From positions 1,600,001-1,664,000 of the forward strand of contig CAWFFN010000009.1 in assembly GCA_963815115.1 (NCBI GenBank): a stretch of DNA of 64,000 nt. Direction: 5' to 3'. A program made the translations under genes and the position numbers. Positions 60,881 to 64,000 of this stretch are shown in pieces (within the stretch, counting starts at the first letter, position 1; every line of letters starts with the position of its first letter). The stretch comes from an uncultured delta proteobacterium. GTDB lineage: Bacteria; Desulfobacterota; Binatia; DP-6. The notes beneath the pieces were generated by a model. The model did not search any database, was not told where the DNA came from, and was given only the letters and a program-made list of their open reading frames with translations.

Positions 60881-61093
60881 ATGCTGGACGACGTCACGCT
60901 GCCCGTGCTGATGTGGCTCGGCGTGGGCGTCGGATACGCATGGTCGGTCTGGATGCTGCAGAGGCTCTGGCACCACGTTCCACCCGAGCGGTCCCTTCGC
61001 GGCGAGTCGAAGGTCGTCTATCTGAACGGTCGCTCCCGCTCGCAAGCAGGCCGTCTGGCGGCCAAGGAACGGAACCTGGCGATTCGTGGCTGA
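60881..61093 (+). CDS. Small single-TM membrane protein, 70 aa
   Basis: GGAGG/GAGGA RBS; LPVLMWLGVGVGYAWSVWML helix, basic tail. Confidence 0.55.
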   Translation: MLDDVTLPVLMWLGVGVGYAWSVWMLQRLWHHVPPERSLRGESKVVYLNGRSRSQAGRLAAKERNLAIRG

Positions 61094-61107
61094 CAGGGAG
61101 GTCGCCC

Positions 61108-61326
61108 GTGAGACAGGTCGAACCGGTCATCCGTCGGCGCGGTGCCGATAGCCGTCCCAGCATGGCGGACATGAGCAAGGTCATCCTGATGAACGTCGTG
61201 CTCGCGACGGCCTTCCTGGTCTTCTTCTTCCACGCGCCGCTCACGTACGCTGCCCTCGGTGCGGGAACTGCCGGCTTCATCCTGTGGGCCCGCGAACGGC
61301 GCCTGCAGGCACGTCGCACGCGTTGA
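61108..61326 (+). CDS. Small two-TM membrane protein, about 72 aa
   Basis: GGGAGG RBS plus GTG; VILMNVVLATAFLVFFF and LTYAALGAGTAGFILW helices. Confidence 0.55.
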   Translation: MRQVEPVIRRRGADSRPSMADMSKVILMNVVLATAFLVFFFHAPLTYAALGAGTAGFILWARERRLQARRTR

Positions 61327-61383
61327 TTTCGCCTCTCGGCGTGACCTGCCCACCCGGGCGCCCTGCCGTCGGCAAGGGCGACC

Positions 61384-62805
61384 TCACTTCTTCTTCTGGT
61401 TGCCCACGCGCGTCTGCGGCAGCTCGCGACTCTGCTTGCGGAAGTAGCAGATCTCCACCAGCGTCGGCCACAGCTCGAGGGCGCTGCGGATGTCGCCGAC
61501 CACGTCGTCCACGATCCGGCTGAGGTTCTGCTGGAAGAAGTCGGCCTCGAAGCCGTAGAAGGCCTTCTCCAGGTTGCAGGCGAACCGCTCCAGAACGTCG
61601 CGCCGCTCCGCGTTGGCCGTGGCCGCGGCGGCCGCGAGGGCGCGGCGGTGGATGGCGGTGATGCGCTCGAGGATCTGCTCGCTGTCCTGCGCCGTCACCT
61701 CGCCCTCGTAGCCGAACTCGATGCCCAGGTCGTCCACCCGCTGGCAGCTCGCCTTGATCTTCCGCTTGAGCAGGTTCGCCACCTCCTCGTTGAAGACCTC
61801 GAACGGCAGCGGGTGCCGCATGTAGTTGTTCTTGATGTGGGTCTGCGCCGCGTCCACGTGCGCCGCGACCATGCCGGGCTGCTGGATCCACAAGCGGTAG
61901 ATGTAATCCTCGAAGCGCAGCCGGGTGGGGAAGAACGGCGGCAGCCCGACGCTGTTGTCGTAGCCGGCCACGCCGCAGTCCATCCGCCAGTTCCGGTTCG
62001 TGAGCGCCGGGCGGAAGTTCACCAGGACGTACACGTCGTTCACGTGGTCGAGGTTGGTCTGGTTCTCGTCGTCGAGAAACAGCTCCACGAAGTACAGGGC
62101 GTCGATGTCGCTGGTCCCGCTGCGGAAGGTCTGGGCCATCTTGACGGTCGCGCTGCGCGCGACCTTCCCCTTCTGGAGGATCAGCGAGTTCTCGCGCACC
62201 AGCCCGAGGTTCGCGTTGGTCTCCAGGTCCATCGCGCTGTCGCTGACGAGCTCCCCCTTGGCGAAGTTCTCGGGGACGTCGGCGACCTTCTTGCCGATGA
62301 CGTCGCCGAACGACGAGAGGATGTCGAACGGCCGGCGGGTGTAGCCGTTCACGGTCGCCTTGAGCAGCTTGCCCCGGCTGATCTCGTCGGCCGCCAGCGA
62401 TTCCGGGCTGTCCTCGATGAGCCCGTGCGGCCGCATGTCGTCGTCGGCGCTGACCACGTGGCTGCCGAGGGTGTAGATCAGCGCGAAGTTCCGGTTGCCG
62501 CCGTAGCTCGGCCGGAAGAGGTTGCGCACCGCGGCCTCGAGCTTCCGGTCCCGCAGCCGCCGGTTGAGCAGGGAGCAAAACGCCTCCTTCTCTCGGGGCC
62601 CGACGTAGAAGAGCTCGCTCCACGTGCGGGTCTTCTCCAGCAACGGGTAGTACTTCTCGTGGTTGGCCACGCTCGAGTCGTCGAAGACGATGATGCGCGG
62701 CGAGTGGCCGTTGTTCCAGAAATTCTCGTCGTACGTTCCCACCGTCTCGCACACGTCGCGGAGACGGTAGGTCGGGATGACGAAGATCAGCTCGTGGTCT
62801 GGCAT
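61384..62805 (-). CDS. Uncharacterised GT-A-fold (DxD) protein downstream of kdpC
   Basis: FVIPTYR, IIVFDDS, SYGGNRN, SADDD, LPPFFP..RFED; strong coding bias. Confidence 0.8.
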   Translation of the reverse strand: MPDHELIFVIPTYRLRDVCETVGTYDENFWNNGHSPRIIVFDDSSVANHEKYYPLLEKTRTWSELFYVGPREKEAFCSLLNRRLRDRKLEAAVRNLFRPSYGGNRNFALIYTLGSHVVSADDDMRPHGLIEDSPESLAADEISRGKLLKATVNGYTRRPFDILSSFGDVIGKKVADVPENFAKGELVSDSAMDLETNANLGLVRENSLILQKGKVARSATVKMAQTFRSGTSDIDALYFVELFLDDENQTNLDHVNDVYVLVNFRPALTNRNWRMDCGVAGYDNSVGLPPFFPTRLRFEDYIYRLWIQQPGMVAAHVDAAQTHIKNNYMRHPLPFEVFNEEVANLLKRKIKASCQRVDDLGIEFGYEGEVTAQDSEQILERITAIHRRALAAAAATANAERRDVLERFACNLEKAFYGFEADFFQQNLSRIVDDVVGDIRSALELWPTLVEICYFRKQSRELPQTRVGNQKKK

Positions 62806-62877
62806 GTGTGCGTGAACCGACGTGCGAAGAGCGGAGCGCTCTTCGAGGACAGCACCTCACATACGGTGCCGATCGGC

Positions 62878-63453
62878 TCACTTGGTCCCGAGTGCGTCCA
62901 GCGCCAGGTTGAGGGAGAGGACGTCGACGACGGGCTCGCCGAGGATGCCCCACTGCCGGCCGCGAGTGTACCGGGCCACCAGCCCCTGGACCGTTGCCTC
63001 GGACAGGCCGCGCGCCCGTGCCACGCGGCCGACCTGATAGCGGGCGGCTGCCGGGCTGATGTTCGGGTCGAGGCCGCTTCCCGAGGCCGTCACGAGGTCC
63101 ACGGGGACGGGGAGCGGGTTGGCCGGATCGGCGGCCTTGAGAGCGTCCAGCCGGCCACGGACCGCGTCGAGCAGCGTGTCGCTCAGCGGGCCCTGGTTCG
63201 ACCCCGACGACGCCGCGCCGTTGTAGGGCTGGGGTGACGTCGCGGAGAGCCGGCTCCAGAAGTACTTCGGGTCGTCGAACGGCTGTCCGATGAGGCTGGA
63301 CCCGACGGCCTTCCCATCCTGCACGAGCACGCTGCCGTTCGCCTGTGCGGGGAAGAATACCTGTGCGACGCCGGTCACGAGGAGCGGATACACGATGCCC
63401 GTGAGCACCGTCATGAGGACGAAGGCGATGAGGGCGGGGCGGAGTTGGTTCAT
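62878..63453 (-). CDS. kdpC: K+-transporting ATPase subunit C
   Basis: [51 protein letters not shown]. Confidence 0.97.
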   Translation of the reverse strand: MNQLRPALIAFVLMTVLTGIVYPLLVTGVAQVFFPAQANGSVLVQDGKAVGSSLIGQPFDDPKYFWSRLSATSPQPYNGAASSGSNQGPLSDTLLDAVRGRLDALKAADPANPLPVPVDLVTASGSGLDPNISPAAARYQVGRVARARGLSEATVQGLVARYTRGRQWGILGEPVVDVLSLNLALDALGTK

Positions 63454-63471
63454 GATCTTCTCCCGGCGCCG

Positions 63472-64000
63472 TCAGGCGAGACCGAGCGCGGACAGCGCCA
63501 TGTCGATGGCCTTGATGCCGATGAAGGGCGCGATGATGCCGCCGAGGCCGTAGACGAGCAGGTTGTCGCGCAGCAGGGTCGAGGCCCCGACGTGCCGGTA
63601 GCGCACGCCGCGCAGCGCGAGCGGGATCAGCGCGATGATGATGAGGGCGTTGAAGATCACCGCCGACAGGATGGCGCTCTGCGGCGTCCTGAGGCCCATC
63701 ACGTTGAGCCTGCTCAGCACCGGATAGGTGCTCGCGAACGCGGCGGGGATGATCGCGAAGTACTTCGCGACGTCGTTGGCGATGCTGAAGGTGGTCAGCG
63801 AGCCGCGGGTCATGAGGAGCTGCTTCCCGATCTCGACGATCTCGATCAGCTTGGTGGGGTTGGAGTCGAGGTCGACCAGGTTGCCGGCTTCCTTGGCAGC
63901 CTGGGTCCCCGTGTTCATGGCGACGGCGACGTCCGCCTGGGCCAGCGCGGGCGCGTCGTTGGTGCCGTCGCCCGTCATGGCGATCAGCCGGCCGCCGCGC
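63472..64000 (-). CDS. kdpB: K+-transporting ATPase subunit B (3' part only)
   Basis: [49 protein letters not shown]. Confidence 0.97.
   Translation of the reverse strand, partial: RGGRLIAMTGDGTNDAPALAQADVAVAMNTGTQAAKEAGNLVDLDSNPTKLIEIVEIGKQLLMTRGSLTTFSIANDVAKYFAIIPAAFASTYPVLSRLNVMGLRTPQSAILSAVIFNALIIIALIPLALRGVRYRHVGASTLLRDNLLVYGLGGIIAPFIGIKAIDMALSALGLA

Overview
High-GC (roughly 70% by eye) bacterial chromosomal window, densely coding, with about 70 genes and no rRNA, tRNA, CRISPR array, transposase or integrase visible. The gene content suggests Candidatus Binatia (Binatota/Desulfobacterota_B); this is inference only, based on hopanoid-associated hpnK/hpnM, many CoA/lipid catabolic enzymes, Cys-rich TSP3/DUF4215 secreted proteins and sigma54-driven small hypotheticals. 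Most of the window is ordinary catabolic and housekeeping material, ending in the 3' part of a kdp K+-ATPase operon. The most notable observations are: (1) three tandem secreted proteins sharing a TSP3 repeat and an unrecognised ~145-aa basic four-Cys C-terminal domain ending in C-R-E-F, a candidate new sorting/surface-display module; (2) an unannotated 54-aa CC...CxxC microprotein directly upstream of the arsenosugar genes arsS and a TIGR04283-type glycosyltransferase; (3) a 473-aa GT-A-fold protein directly after kdpC; (4) a divergent PII / degenerate sigma54-activator pair with back-to-back -24/-12 promoters; (5) decayed attC-like sites flanking three small, lower-GC ORFs, a possible integron-cassette relic; (6) a GMC oxidoreductase split by a single-base frameshift. 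All family assignments come from motif reading without database searches.
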